Source: Antedon mediterranea
Lineage: Eukaryota; Animalia; Echinodermata
Direction of reading: 5' to 3'
Assembly (NCBI RefSeq): GCF_964355755.1
Contig: NC_092675.1
Coordinates: 1,421,812-1,485,811, forward strand
Length of the DNA: 64,000 bases
Of the stretch, positions 13,801-38,599 are shown one piece after another. Under the pieces are notes generated by a model. It had not been told where the DNA came from and did not search any database. It saw nothing but the letters and a program-made list of their open reading frames with translations. The position numbers were made by a program, and so were the translations under genes. Position 1 is the stretch's first letter. The number at the start of each line of letters is the position of its first letter.

Positions 13801-15867
13801 GATGTTTATCTCAATAAATGCCAAACTAATTGTTTTTCTCATAATTATGGTCCAACTTGTAAAAAAATCAATATTAAAAAAAGTGGTTTGGATGAGTCTT
13901 GCACAGGGGTTTGTTTATTGTTTAAAAAAATGTATGTTTTTCAACTCAAAGCCAAATTGACAGTGTACAGTACAAGTAAATTGTTTTCGAATAAATTGTC
14001 TGTTTTATAGTTCTATACAGTACAGTACAGTTGTAATGTAATCAATATTAAGTGATTTGGATGAATTACCTTCCACCTTCTGTGCAAGTTTTGTAGGGGT
14101 TTGTACAAGATTTGTTTTAGTAATTTAATAGCAATATCCCTCCAAAGGATCATTCATAGGTTTAACAAGCGATGTGCGATACTCGGGGTACCGCAAAAGA
14201 AGCTGTAATGACGTCATAAGACGGGATGTGACGTCACATACACATCATTAACCTCGGTACCAAATACGGCTATACGGGACCATCTTCGAGACGTCATATG
14301 GCTGCATCCGGTTTGAAATAAAAAAATCCGGCTTTATAGCTTTGAGGACATGTCCCTGTAGTATAGTCATGCCAAATCCCAGCTCAATACTACAACGAAT
14401 AAGGGAGGAGTAGTACTTTATAAATCGCAATTTTTACTCAATAGTGTCGGAAAAAGATTGGAATTCATTAAAATCTTAAATACATCTTCTTAATTGTTCA
14501 ACATGAAGATAATTGCAAATTGGAAAATCAGCAGATATGGCTGGTATTTTTCAATATTTTTGCTTAAGTCATGTTATTGTTAGTTTAAATAGTGCTTAAG
14601 CAAATCAAACTCACTTCTTTTTATATCTTTGTCAACAATTTAACACAATACATGATGCTGAACCATGGAGTTTTATACCTCCATTTAAACGCTCCACGCG
14701 GCTATGTCAACACAAAACATTGACGTTCGATTGGATTTGCCAGCACCGGACCGGAAGCGTAATTTTTTTTTCCAGGACGAACGTGGGCAGAATCATGAAT
14801 AATTCATGATTAATTATGACATAATAGGGAACATTATAGAGGGCGCTATATAAGAATGCAGAGAGATTAAATAATTAGTGTAAACAACGTTTGCCAACCG
14901 AAATGTTTGGTCTAGTGGTAAAGGCTTTAACCTATTACGCTGAAGCCCTCGGTTCGAGGTCTTTCATGAACATGTTTTTTTTAATAGTTGAGAGAGATTA
15001 TTTAGAGGGTTAGGTTTAGTATATTTAGGAAGTAGATCAGCTATCTTTCAATTCTTTATAATAGAAAATAAGTAAGGTAATGAATTATTCATGATTTCTG
15101 CCCACGTTCGTCCTGGAAAAAAAAAACACGCGGACCGGAACCGTATCGGAACAGGTGTGCAAGACCCTTTAATTTAGCAAAATCATATTCATTCATTCAT
15201 TTTATTTACACAAAGCAAAATTCAAAGTATGTTGACAAAATATGAATCAAATTATTAGTTAAAGCCTTGTATCTGGAAAAACTAAAATAAGCTCAAATAG
15301 CTTTAAGACTAAAAAAAAAAATATATACTGTATATAGGCCTAGTATAGGCTAGCCACCTATATAGATAGGGCCTAAACCTAGGCCTATAAATTATTATTA
15401 TTATTCATGTTTGTTTTTTCGTCATTTCATTGTTTGGTCAGTATTGTGAAGTTGTGAAATTAATAAATTAAAAAAAATTTATAAAACAAATTCAGTTAAG
15501 TATGATGTTTGCACACCGAGAGACGCACCCCTGGCGCATATTATACCCATGCCATGTGGTCCTTCGTTCGTCAGTATTCATCCAGATCCAGGGTTCATGT
15601 GGGACGAAATATCCAACCGAATCACACGACGTAAGAACAAGACGTTTTTCCCCAGTCGTCCCAAAACGGTACACCAGCGTCCCCTCACTTTTTAGGCCTA
15701 GCTAGTATAGACTTAACCAAAATATAACATGTAACAAAGAAAAAAAATATGTACTTTAAGTACACTGCATCGTAAAATACATTATTAATAATACCTCAAT
15801 TGAACATATAATTATTGTTATTATTAAGACAGACTAAGTACCTTTTTTCTGATAATTCGGTAGCCAT
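1817..15867 (-). CDS. ASH2L: Set1/Ash2 histone methyltransferase complex subunit ASH2-like (spliced, 3'-partial; last exon(s) lie left of the window)
   Basis: Exons (- strand, GT-AG, phases consistent): 15867-15842 (MATELSEK), 9529-8822, 8583-8494, 8102-8014, 7749-7562, 7312-7223, 6915-6719, 6360-6149, 4760-4593, 4085-3892, 3125-3033, 1915-1817. Motifs: PHD ([27 protein letters not shown]...FTCRLC), winged helix ([17 protein letters not shown]), [25 protein letters not shown] ([30 protein letters not shown]...[21 protein letters not shown]). Exon 1 assignment rests on the phase match and is less certain. Confidence 0.95.
1969..2154. mobile_element. Foldback insertion with 12-bp direct repeats; probable Penelope-like retroelement 3' remnant
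   Basis: 70-bp arms (1969-2038 / 2050-2119, ~3 mismatches), 11-nt loop, tail catttgatttcgccatgcaaccttcaaacaatata. Flanked by gtataactaatt at 1957-1968 and 2155-2166. Class assignment inferred from the cgaaacgtcg motif and tail style. Confidence 0.6.
2288..3007. mobile_element. Non-autonomous DNA element with long subterminal hairpin (Crypton-like style, tentative)
   Basis: Hairpin 2294-2454 with loop gaggcaccgccgag; end ccaatcaaattaaaggaattt...ggtgttatataa. A related short copy lies at ~53985-54105 (acaaataattcatggttatgagt...ccaatcaaattgcatgaat...ggtgtgttataat). Confidence 0.5.
5033..5965. repeat. 27-bp minisatellite, ~34 near-identical copies (ASH2L intron)
   Basis: Unit aacatgccattactaattcacagggcc; explains the (MPLLIHRAN)n and (ACWPCELVM)n ORFs; degenerate copies trail to ~6125. 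Confidence 0.98.
6635..6706 (-). mobile_element. tRNA-derived SINE head fragment
   Basis: - strand gctgtagcgtggtggttaa...ccagggttcaatcctga has A-box- and B-box-like motifs but no full cloverleaf. Confidence 0.45.
8643..8781. mobile_element. PIF/Harbinger (Tourist-like) MITE family A, copy 1
   Basis: TIR consensus AGCTCTGTCTACACTATCAAAC; TTA TSD; core gacatcatcatgtccatatatgggcacatcaca. Confidence 0.85.
11997..13742. mobile_element. Non-autonomous hAT-like DNA transposon with 5-bp TSD (hAT5-type)
   Basis: TIRs caggcccgtatccag / ctgcatacgggcctg (14/15 match); TSD ctact at 11992-11996 and 13743-13747; subterminal gcaccccccc motifs; internal ~54-bp duplication (12305/12631); no transposase ORF. 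Confidence 0.8.
14757..15131. mobile_element. Mutator/MULE-type MITE
   Basis: ~50-bp TIRs (gcgtaatttttttttccaggacgaacgtgggcagaatcatgaataattcat and its reverse complement); 9-bp TSD ggaccggaa (14748-14756, 15132-15140). Confidence 0.85.
15505..15690 (-). ncRNA. Candidate structured intronic RNA (unassigned)
   Basis: GC-rich island in AT-rich intron; complementary pairs gaggggacgc/gcgtctctc, gggacga/tcgtccc, ccctgg/ccaggg; G-U pairs favour the - strand; ACATGA and terminal ACA-NNN motifs. No family recognised. Confidence 0.3.
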
Positions 15868-16329
15868 GATTCGCCAAAAATTTAAAGCGTGTGTTTTCAC
15901 AATAAAGTTCAAAGTTCAAACAATGTCGATAATATAATATCTTCATTGCTAACTGTTTGAAAACATTATTTTAGAACTCTGAAATTATATTGTTTAATAT
16001 TGAGATTATAATTAAATATTGATTGTATAGAAATCAGGTATTATTTTTTTATTTTTCTTTTGAAAATGAAATTTAAGATGACTCATTTTGGTGAATTGTG
16101 GGTAATGGTTGGGAAACACCACCTTGATTCTTCTTCTCACATCGGTCGAAAAAAGATCATCAAACCAATTTTTTGACAGAGCTCAGCTGAGAATTCAAGA
16201 ATAATTATACTACAGACGTTCGTAAAAATAACCAACGCATCAATTATTGTTGGTAAATTATCTACTATGAGTTTGGCACTAAATAATTGTGAGATATAGA
16301 GAACTAAAGTGCAACTCTCGTTAAGCGCG
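15868..16329. promoter_or_regulatory. Putative bidirectional promoter between ASH2L and AAK1
   Basis: Divergent start codons 462 bp apart (15867 on -, 16330 on +); locally CpG-retaining. TSSs not determined. Confidence 0.6.
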
Positions 16330-28280
<11,951 letters not shown>

Positions 28281-29945
28281 AACATTAAAATGGACGCCCA
28301 TACAATAATATGCATTTGTATAAAAAAAAATTGATTCCTTTCCTCTTGATGGATCCTAATTATTGATAATTCATTTAGATATTGCATAGAATTTTCCTGT
28401 GTTCAAATTGGCCTAATGGCGTTCCATACTTGCTGTACCATACCCTTGTGTGTCTAAAACTGAACATTTTATTTTATGTGTATAGAGGTTGGTGATTGTG
28501 TAAGCTATAAATTAGCAGTAATAATAAAGTCTTTATTATAAAATGTTGATACAAGTAGTGAGCAATAAAATTTAATTGCTTTGTAATAATGAAAAAAAAA
28601 GATATATAGTTTGAATATACTTGTATTTATCATAAGGGAATTTAGACAAATATTTAAACTCATATGGCATTAAAATATTTGTACACTTAATATTATATGC
28701 ATAATTGTAGAATGAGAACATACATGTACTGTACTTTAGTAGGTCTAGTACTGTGACAAGTTGATATTACGCTATATATGAGAAATACTGTGTGGTTGTT
28801 TCTCATTATCTTGCCTGTAGTAAATATCATAAATACCGAGTGTCTTCAACCAAACACATTACCGGTAAAGATAGTGACAGTTTAGAGAAAGAATTGCGTT
28901 ATGTGATGTTGATCTATATTACTGTAAAGAGGTAAGCCAAACACAATGTGCACTAGTTTGTAACAACTGTCAGATACAGTAAATACTAGTCAGTGTTTCT
29001 TGTTGTGGTGGGTTGAATCAACTGATAGACATTGGCATATGGGCTATGAACGCTGACTGGCTAAACCCATTGGCCCCGGAGCTTATGGGGGCCCCAGAGC
29101 AGTGTCCAGAGGAAAAACAGGCATTAAATATGTTGAAAAAAGGCTCCAGCATTGGAGGGTTCACAGGTCTCTGCATTACGCCACTGCTGATAGAATATGG
29201 TATACCATGTTATATAACACAAGCACAACTTATTCATTAACAATAGTACTCTGAATCAATGCACTTGAATTTCTATTATTGTTTGAATTTGTTTGTCAAC
29301 TTTGTTCATTTTTGTGGTGAGGGTTAAAATCAACCGATAACATTTGAAGTGAGGATGATGCAGATAAATAAATAACTAGTCAATGATTTACTTTCCTTTT
29401 AGTTGATTTTAAAATTGTTTTATGTTTGTGCTATTTTTATTTGTTTGGTACTATATGCATGCAATATTAAAGACAATGTTACTGTACATAGGTTTGACAT
29501 ATCCTGGGGAACATTTAGGAATTTCATTTATTTTGAATGTAGGCTTAGTAATTATAGGATCACAGTGTCCTAAAAAAGGTATAGTTTTGGTTGGAAACGA
29601 TATGGAATTCCTGTTTGGTTAAATGTAGGAATGTACTATCCTGGAGAAGAGTGCTGAAAAAGAAAGTATATTTTTGTGTTTTGGAATGATCTGGAGCTCT
29701 CTTCTCTAATCATTTGTTTTAAAATGTATAAACATTGTGTACTTAGTTCTCAATTATTTAATTGTCTACAAAATCTTGATATATAATACCATTAAACCAT
29801 TCAATGTGCTTTCAAGGTGATAAATAATAAGTACATGTTTTTGATAAGTAAACACATGTGATGGGTATAATCAGTTAATTTGTTATTAAAAAAGTCGATC
29901 CGTGTGTTGATATCAGGTATACAAGTTTAATTGTAGGAAGCTTAA

Positions 29946-30040
29946 AGCTCTGTCTACACTATCAAACTAGTGCCCAAATATGGTAGTTTTATGCACATCA
30001 CATTTTTTTGTCGCATAAAGTTTGATAGTGTTGACAGAGA
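29946..30040. mobile_element. MITE family A, copy 4 (internally deleted)
   Basis: TAA + agctctgtctacactatcaaact ... agtttgatagtgttgacagag. Confidence 0.75.
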
Positions 30041-30192
30041 TTTGCGATGACCTAGGAACAATTTACATCATGTTAATTCATTGTGCGCATGCAGGGAAGT
30101 AAGGACATGCTTCCTCACTCTCTACTCACTCTCTACTCCTCAACGTGGTTCAATTGGTAGGTCATAGGTCATCGCAAACCAAAAGCTCCCTA
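30039..30192. mobile_element. Short TIR element abutting copy 4
   Basis: Inverted repeats tttgcgatgaccta / taggtcatcgcaaa. Confidence 0.55.
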
Positions 30193-31196
30193 ATAAAGTT
30201 GTGTACTGTATTTTTATAGAATGTACCAGTACAATTATAGGACATATTATATTTAAAACTTGTCCCAATTTTCTTTATTTTTTAATGATTATTTAAAGTT
30301 ATATTTTAATAATGGATATTGGTCTGAAGGTCATTTTAAATGACTATTGATGAACTTTGATCACATTGGTTTTTTTTTTTACTTCCAACCACCAAAGAAT
30401 AGTAATCTCGGGCCACTCAATAAAATAATTTTTTTAAGCAAATTGGTTTTATTCTAGCATACTCCTTATCACTGTTTTTGTTTTCATTTTTCATAATAAT
30501 GTTATAAGGAGATGATAATAAAATACAGTAATGAAGTTTGTGTTCTTGTAGTGTTATTTGTGTCATTTGCGAGTTATCCATGCACAACCATAACCCACTA
30601 CTTTGGAAAAGGGGGTGTATGACCAAGCAGGTAATGTAAAAAGTCGCCGTAACCATAGTTAATAATATGGTATTTATAAGGCACCCTTCCAAAAAGACCA
30701 GAGCGAAAATATCTATGCTATAATACCTAAAATGACATGTGGTGCCTGTATTACTGAATGTTACAGTTAAATTACAGAAATCACATGTGATACACGTGGC
30801 ACTGTATTACAGAATGTGCCTATGATACTATGATAAATTATAGATACAGTACCAAGAAGCTACAAAAAATAGAAGAAAACAAGTTTATCTTTATATAATA
30901 TTTTAATTTCCTTGTTTACAATAAAAGCACCATATAATTCACATCTTAAGTAAAATTGTATCTTTGGAAAAAAGGTATTAATAAAGTATTACATTTAATT
31001 TAAAACAAACATAAAAACACACTTAAGAATAATTGCTCCAAAATAATTATATTAAAATTAATATTAAGTATGTAAATTAAATGTGTCAATTCCATGTCTA
31101 TAAATCTAGGAATCTAAATAAACAATAAAAGAACGTAGGCACATACAGTGGATAACAGTATATGTCCTATAATTTATGTTTAGAAAATTGTTTTAA

Positions 31197-31346
31197 AGCT
31201 CTGTCAAACTAGTTTGTGCCCAATATGGTAGTGATATGCCTAAATAAGGTAGTGATATACCCAAATATGGTAGTGATATGACATCATCATTTCCATATAT
31301 GGGCACATTTTTTTGTCACATAAAGTTTGATAGTGAAGACAGAGCT
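31197..31346. mobile_element. MITE family A, copy 5
   Basis: TAA TSD, TIR remnants, conserved core. Confidence 0.8.
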
Positions 31347-32408
31347 TAAAGAACTATCAAGTTATGTTCCTGCTAAAACTCGTTAACATCTACATTTTTA
31401 TTTACTGATTGTAAGCACCATCAAGTACTACAAATACAAAATTGATGTGAGAAGTAACTTGGAAATATTAATTATTTTAAAATAAATTTTAATTCTTCAT
31501 TGGTCCACTTTAAATTATTGGCTGTCATGATACACAGTAGAACAACTTTGTTTAATTTTTGTTTAATTATTATGTATAATATTTTAGTTAAATAAAATAG
31601 CAACACTAAAGACAAATTTTCTTGTGGTTAATATTGCTTCAAAAGGCATATATTGCCATAGTACTTTTATCAAAGTACTTTTGTGAATTAATAATTCTTC
31701 AAAACAATTGAAGATAATATTGCTTTGAAAAGATCGTTTTAATTAATGTATATAATTTATTACAGAGAAACTTAAAATTTAAACAATAATTATAGTGAAA
31801 ACAGTAAATATTTTGTAAGAGTGAAAAAAGTGACCCGATGTTCAATAACTGTTCATCAATAGTAGGTTAATTTTGATTAGTTTTCACCAACAACATACCA
31901 TAATTGCACAGTTTTTAAAATGTACACACACATCAAACATAATATTATATCCTTACTGTTATAAAATTGTACACTAACACAACAAACCATCCTGCCATAA
32001 ACAGACAAACATGGAAACAAATTGTGGAAAGCGTAATTAATGTCAGAAGACGGAAAACGTTAAGAAGAACTGTTATAAAATACTAATTTCAACAATACCA
32101 AACATAAAAGCATTATCTGGCCCATGAAGGAAACTTTGTTTCATTCTTCAAATGAACTGGAAAAGTGTCATTTAATTGTTCCAAGAGACATATGGAACAA
32201 TATTATATAGTGTGCTATTGTATTAATTATAGGGTGAGAGACGTTATGTACAAAACCTTTGTTTCATTGTGTCTGACTAACTCAGAATAATTAATATATA
32301 GATATTCCTCCTTAGTAAATATTCCCATTGTAGCATCAAACATCAATAATAATCAATGTCCAGGAATTTATTAAAATAAATACAATTGTCTAAATATACT
32401 ATTTACCA

Positions 32409-35400
32409 TCAAAATTCCTTATAAACAACGGAGAGTTCCTTGATTAAGTTTATCAGATCAGCATTTCCTCCTAATGTTTCGATTTCAATAAGAACCCTAC
32501 AGAAAAAATACAAATATATAATATGTATACCCCAGATAATTTCATTGACAGAGATATAGAGACTTTGTACATTTGTCAAATATACACATTTTTGCTATTG
32601 CATGCATCAAAACAATAACCAATACATTCGGGTATACAGTCATGCTATGTTAAAGATGTATTGTCCCCCGAAAACATGAAAAATCAGATTTAAAAAATAA
32701 ATTAAAATATTTTTGCGTTTAAATTACATTTTTTTCAGGTAAATGATTTTTTTTCTGATCCAGTTTTTGGATAACTATTATGTGACATTAAAATGAAAAA
32801 AATTAAAAGTAGCTGTAATATTAAAGTTACCTTTCTTCTAAATCATTCAACACCTTTCTTGTATAGTCCAGTGATCCCAACTGTAAAAAAAAATAAAAAC
32901 TAACAATTGCCACATATGACCTTTTTGCATTAAGGGGGCATGTTCACTGTTGTGTTAAAACATATTGTACCTTGTTTGTCTCAGAGGCAAGTGTCCCTTT
33001 AATAGCAGTGACCACTGAATACTATTATCTCATTTATTATTTCATTTATATATTTTGTTTATTTTTAAAATTGAATTGTAAATATTCAATCCTATATTTT
33101 TTTTTTATATATTGATTGGAAGAAAGATGATTATGATTAACCTCTATACTGACCTCTTGTAGTTGTTTGACACACAATTTCTTAACTTCCACATCTTCGG
33201 TTCGTTGTCGAAGTATGTTAGTAATGATGGCGGTGCCATTTGATTCTTTTTCAATTCCATGGATTAGCGGGAATGAAAATTTCCCCTCAGACAGATCTTC
33301 GCAAAATGTCTTAGCGTTTGAATATTCTAAAGAGCACAAATTGGCATAATCATCCCGGATTTGAAAAAATAGGCCAATAGCTTCTGATACGGGTTGAAAA
33401 TCACTATAAACAAACACAAGAACATAACTATTAGGCTCTGTTTACACTATCAAACTTTATGTGACAAAAAAATGTGATGTGCCTATATATGGACATGATG
33501 TTGTCATATCATTACCATATTTGAGCATATCACTGCCATATTAGTTTGATAGTGTAGACAGAGCCTAAATCTTAATAATCAAAGTTTACAGCACAGAAAC
33601 CAATTAAAAAATTGATTTAAAGAACATTGTCATAAATTTTAAAAAACATAAATGTGTAAAATTTGCATATTATTGTATTTAGAGATAGCAAATAGCAAAT
33701 AAACCTATAAGAAATGAAAAAACGTGAAAAAAAAACCAGAAACACTTTCTATGGATACAAATATTAAAAAGTAAAAAACAAACCTTTTAACTTGGCTAAA
33801 TAACTGCATAAGGTCTATTGATAAATTAAATAGCCCACCAGTTTCTGAAGATAGAAAGTTTAAAACACTACAATAAAAGATTTATGAAAAGTAGAAAAAA
33901 AAAATAACAGGGTGTGAACCAGAGCAAAATAATAAGTTATTACTTATATTAGTTCACAATTAGACAAAAAGAATTGTCATATTCAATTGATTATTTTTTG
34001 TATTCGAATGGTAAATTGTAAACGGATTGTGCTCAACAGAAAATCATTTAAATATTAAACATTAACAATGTGAGCTTTCTCGTTACAAACAATCTCAACG
34101 CTCAAAATACTCTGTTAAATAAATACTCTGTTTAGTACTCAATGAAAAAATCCCAATCGAATACGACAAATGTATTTTAAAAACAAATATCATTTATTAA
34201 TCTTACTTTTTATCACCATTTTTTTATAAGCATCTTCTGTTGGACATGTATGGGTATCCCGCCACCAGATATCCATCCCTTGTCCTTCATGAAGTTCACA
34301 CATACGATCTATAAGGGAGAAAAGTCTGATTTGAGTTTCCAGCCTAGTTTTATGGTTCATAGTTCATTTATTTGTCCAAAAGGAAATTCATGTTGATTTC
34401 AATAATGCAGTTAACTATTTGAAAACTGCACGGCCATAACAACCAATCAAAAGATTTTTAAAATCACTCAAGCATAAACAGGAGTGTCAAAGGGTATTGC
34501 AAGGTCATTGGTGGATAAGTTTTAATAAAAATACTGAACCTCTGTCTACACTATCAAACTAGTTGACAAACAAAAGGGTGATGTGCCCAAATATGGCAGT
34601 GATATGCTTAAATATGGTAATGATATGATATCATCATCATGTCCATATATGAGAACATCACCTAAAGTATAACAGTGTAGACAAGGCCTAAGACTGAAAC
34701 AACAAACCTGCAAATATATGAGCACACTTTGGGTGATTTAAAGAGAGAATTTTTTGTAGAGCTACAAAGTAGACATAATTGCCAGTATTGATTGTCTGTG
34801 GAATTCCATACAAATGGTGAGCTACAGGTTGGCCACGCCTTAAACTAGAATTGTCTTCTATGTCATCAATTCTATAAAAAAATACATGACAAATCAGTTA
34901 TATATGTAATATTATAGAGGACAAATGCACAAGGGTTCTAAATAGGCGTTTCGTGGGTGCATTTCATATGGACTGTGAAAAGCTACTACTGAAAAGAAAT
35001 AAAAGTGTTTTAAATGACAATGTTTTGTAATCCCCCAAGGGAAAAAGAAAACTTTTCTTTCTGTTCTGTCAACAAGGTCTGCTTGTTTGTGCAAATTTGT
35101 TATTTGGTATTTAATTGCTTACACTTACAATAATACTTCCAATGTTATGTTTTATACTAATAAAACAACTTATTCTATAAGCATTTACTTAAAAGCAGTG
35201 CTTAATCATTAAGTACAGGATACAATTTTATTACAATTTACATAAAAATGAACTTGATACATAACTTAAAGATTTATTAAATCTTCTGCTGATTTTTTAA
35301 GTTTGTTCAGAGAAGAGTGAAATTAATTTCACTCTTCTGATTTATTGTAATATATTATATTTAATGTTAAGGTTTATCAAACCTGGTGGCAGTGTTTCAA

Positions 35401-36369
35401 TGATATTCTTTTTGGGATAAAGATTAAAAATAAAGTAAAAAAAGACTGCGACTTACAATAAACTTGCATTGTGTAGCATTTGTGTCCCATCAGCAATAAG
35501 TTCTAACTTATCCTCTGGTACATTAAGCCAATGGTTAAATGCCTTCAAATAAAACATATTTTACTCAATAAATAATAAATATTTTGTAAACCATCTATGC
35601 AAGGTAAATTGAGAGTTTTATGAGAACTGGCACAGATCCTAGTGAGAGATGGCCAGGGAGCGGGACTACTGTTCATAGTTGAAACCTCGACATTTGTGGT
35701 GAAAAAAAATGAGAAAGTATTGTAGCTGCCTAGCACTGTTATTTCAGAAATTCAATTTGGGAGTCAGACTGTATAGACATGTTTCCCTGTTTGATTCTTT
35801 GTGAATTTTGTTGGTACTGTAGTTCCTGGCCCAACAAATCTACTATGTTAACATTTTCAGAAGTACAATAGTAGCCTAAATAAAATTGTTTTATATACTA
35901 TAGTATCTATATGATGGTTGGATGCCTTTTTGTATATCTTCTATATATTATGAATGATTTTTTTTTTTATATATTTGCTGTACTTTTTTTACCTCATAAA
36001 TTAGAACTCAATTCAGCATTTTTGCTGCTTTTTAATAATATGTTGAATTTGAATAAATACCAATATATATAAACAAAGTTAACAATGTTACCTTAATCAG
36101 TTTTATTCTAATCTGTTTACCAGGAACTCTAAGGCAATACTTATATGGCTCAAGTACAATCTGAAATAAATATAGAATAATTTGTATTTGATTAAAAAAT
36201 TGTACAAAGGTTATTGCTATACCTGTACAAACCTCATTTACAACATGTATTGTATATTTAGTAGAATTTGTATTTTAGTTTTTTATTTAGACTTTTATTA
36301 TACTGTAGATTACAATATTATAATAAATACTAAACTAATATGCCTTACCTCACTGAATTCAGAGTCCAT
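32409..36369 (-). CDS. GGPS1: Geranylgeranyl pyrophosphate synthase (spliced, complete)
   Basis: Exons: 36369-36349 (MDSEFSE), 36160-36092, 35542-35457, 34871-34708, 34308-34207, 33844-33784, 33403-33154, 32880-32831, 32496-32409 (TGA). Motifs [26 protein letters not shown] (first Asp-rich motif), [30 protein letters not shown] (second Asp-rich motif), [11 protein letters not shown]. Confidence 0.96.
33434..33565. mobile_element. MITE family A, copy 6
   Basis: ggctctgtttacactatcaaact / agtttgatagtgtagacagagcc. Confidence 0.85.
34000..34165. repeat. Dispersed repeat (second copy at ~55290-55480), probable MITE
   Basis: Shared tgtatt(c/t)gaatggtaaattgtaaacg...caacgctcaaaatactctgttaaa; end aatcccaatcgaata is complementary to tattcgattggga in the other copy. 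Confidence 0.7.
34538..34688. mobile_element. MITE family A, copy 7
   Basis: ctctgtctacactatcaaact ... agtgtagacaaggcc; conserved core. Confidence 0.8.
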
Positions 36370-38599
36370 GATGATAAGCTCAAAGCAGGTACTTTATAAT
36401 TTCATGTACAAAGCTGAAGAAGATAAGATACTTTAAATTTACAAATTACATAGTGTTATACGTTTTCATTAGTACCGTAGTAGTGTTCAATCCAGTGGCT
36501 GGTGGCCCCTGGTTTAAGGACCCTAAGTGGCCCTCTATTTTCCTCTGGGTGCTGCTCAAAATTGATACGCTAGTATTGATTCAAGTTTTACAATTACCGT
36601 AATTAAAAAAGAACCATGAAGAAATATTGTATTTCTTTTCACATATTCCCAGTCATCACTTTCAAAAATGTTGTTTAAATATCAAATTTCAACTACATTG
36701 TGGTAAAGAAATAAAGACAACACGCCAATGACGAAATGGTGGTGCTGTACACATTGTATATGAATCTGCGTTGCTGACAGATCTCCTATATTTTAGGTTA
36801 TCAATATCCAGGTCCAATCAACGTTTATTATTATTTCCATTCAGCTGTTATTATATTTAGATTTGTTTCTTCCAACTCTGAATGACATTTTTACTTTTTG
36901 CTTTGGTTCTGTTAATTTGAAATAATTTGTGAATTTTGAAATAATGTGTATTTTCTATTTTTTTAATTTATAAAAGCATCATTTTTCAAACTCGTATTAT
37001 GTATTATAGTTTTTTAGATCGTCTTAATACAAGTCTCTTTTGTAATCAATATTAGACACATTATTACCATCATTGCATCATAGTTGTCATATTCATTCTG
37101 AGTATATCTTGGCAAGTGGAAGATAAACACATTGATTAAATCTAGAGCTAAACACATGTATTTGATAAACAACTCATTAGTAACACATAAATTTATTTAA
37201 TTTTATCAACAACATTTAACATTGCGTGACTCATTCAATGTTTGCTTTGTCCACATTGTTGCCGATTAAAACTACATACAGCTCATGATTGATATTAACC
37301 CTGTGAAAGATTATGTAGCAATTCAGCTACTGATTGACCCTGGATAACATGGTTCCAGGTACTGTGGAGGCAGTTGTTTTTCAATGCTTTTAAACAATTT
37401 TGTTTATAAAATAAAATCAGAAACATATTATCATAGAATGCAAACAAAAAACATTCAATAACAACACAATTGTACTGGAATTATGTTAATAAATAATATG
37501 TTAAAATAAAACATTATCATCATTCATCAAAAGCTTTGTTGAAATAGATTCAGTGTTGCTTGGATTCAAATCGATGAAAGCAAAGGCCTATAATAATACA
37601 CTATTAATCCTACTGTTATTTATAACTTGTAAATTAGATCCTTGTCATTTGGTTGGAGCAGGAAAGAGTGGATTTAACTCTTATCTGGTCAGAGGATTGT
37701 AGGAGACATGACATTTTTAAATAGATTTTTTTAACCCAACCCATGCGGCATAAAGAGGGAATGTTTCATTACATATGTAGTGCATTCTTGTTGATATCTA
37801 TATAATTATCTACTTTAGATGTTTTATAAAACAAATTATGAATGTTTTTATATTCATGCAAATATTTTCGATAGTGAAAATAGTTTTAGCTGTACTCATA
37901 AACATTCAGACGCGTATTTATGAAAAGAGACTAACTTTAGTCCTGGACTTTATCTCTGGTCTTTATCTCTGGTATTCTTGAAACCCGGACTACAGTAACT
38001 AGTCCTGGACTAAAAAGGGTCTTTCACACCTTTTCCGGCATGGTTCAGTCCGGCGATGGCAAACTATAAAAATTCCTGGCCATAAGGAATATACTATGAA
38101 AAATTAATGTACCTAGATGAAATTGATCTCTAGATAATTGATGGAAAAATATTGCTAAGAAAAGAATAAATAAAGATTCTGACAAAATCAATAAAATAAG
38201 GTTATTATAACTTATTTTTATATATTCAATTGCATAACCTAATTGAAATACATAAATATTGAATGTTTAGTTTTATCCAAGATAGGCCTATAATTAACAT
38301 ATAAATATATTTTAAAACTTGATACAGTACCACAAAAAATGTATACGAATAATTTGGTAGGATTGGCCCGAAACGTCTCGAGCCAAACCGTCTCTGGGTC
38401 GAAACATCCCCTGATTTGCCCAACTGGCATAGTTAGATAGGCTAGGCCTTTTTTGTATTACTAGTTAGTAGAGGCATGGAGTTACTCCATGGATGGTAGA
38501 GGCCTAGCTAGGCGGCTAGGAAGAGGCGTAGATACTCGAGGCTAGGGCCGGGAAAGGGGTGGCTAGCTTTTGCTGGGGCACCATTATTGATATTATGAA

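Noticed and set aside
14900-14965. Functional tRNA gene
   Set aside because: A/B-box-like motifs are present but there is no acceptor stem or cloverleaf, and the sequence lies inside a MITE.
15000-15720. Telomerase RNA or U3 identity for the intronic structured region
   Set aside because: No CUAACCCU template upstream of the fold on that strand (the only match, at ~15007, is inside a MITE). The aagtctatact resemblance to the U3 5' end is not followed by U3 boxes.
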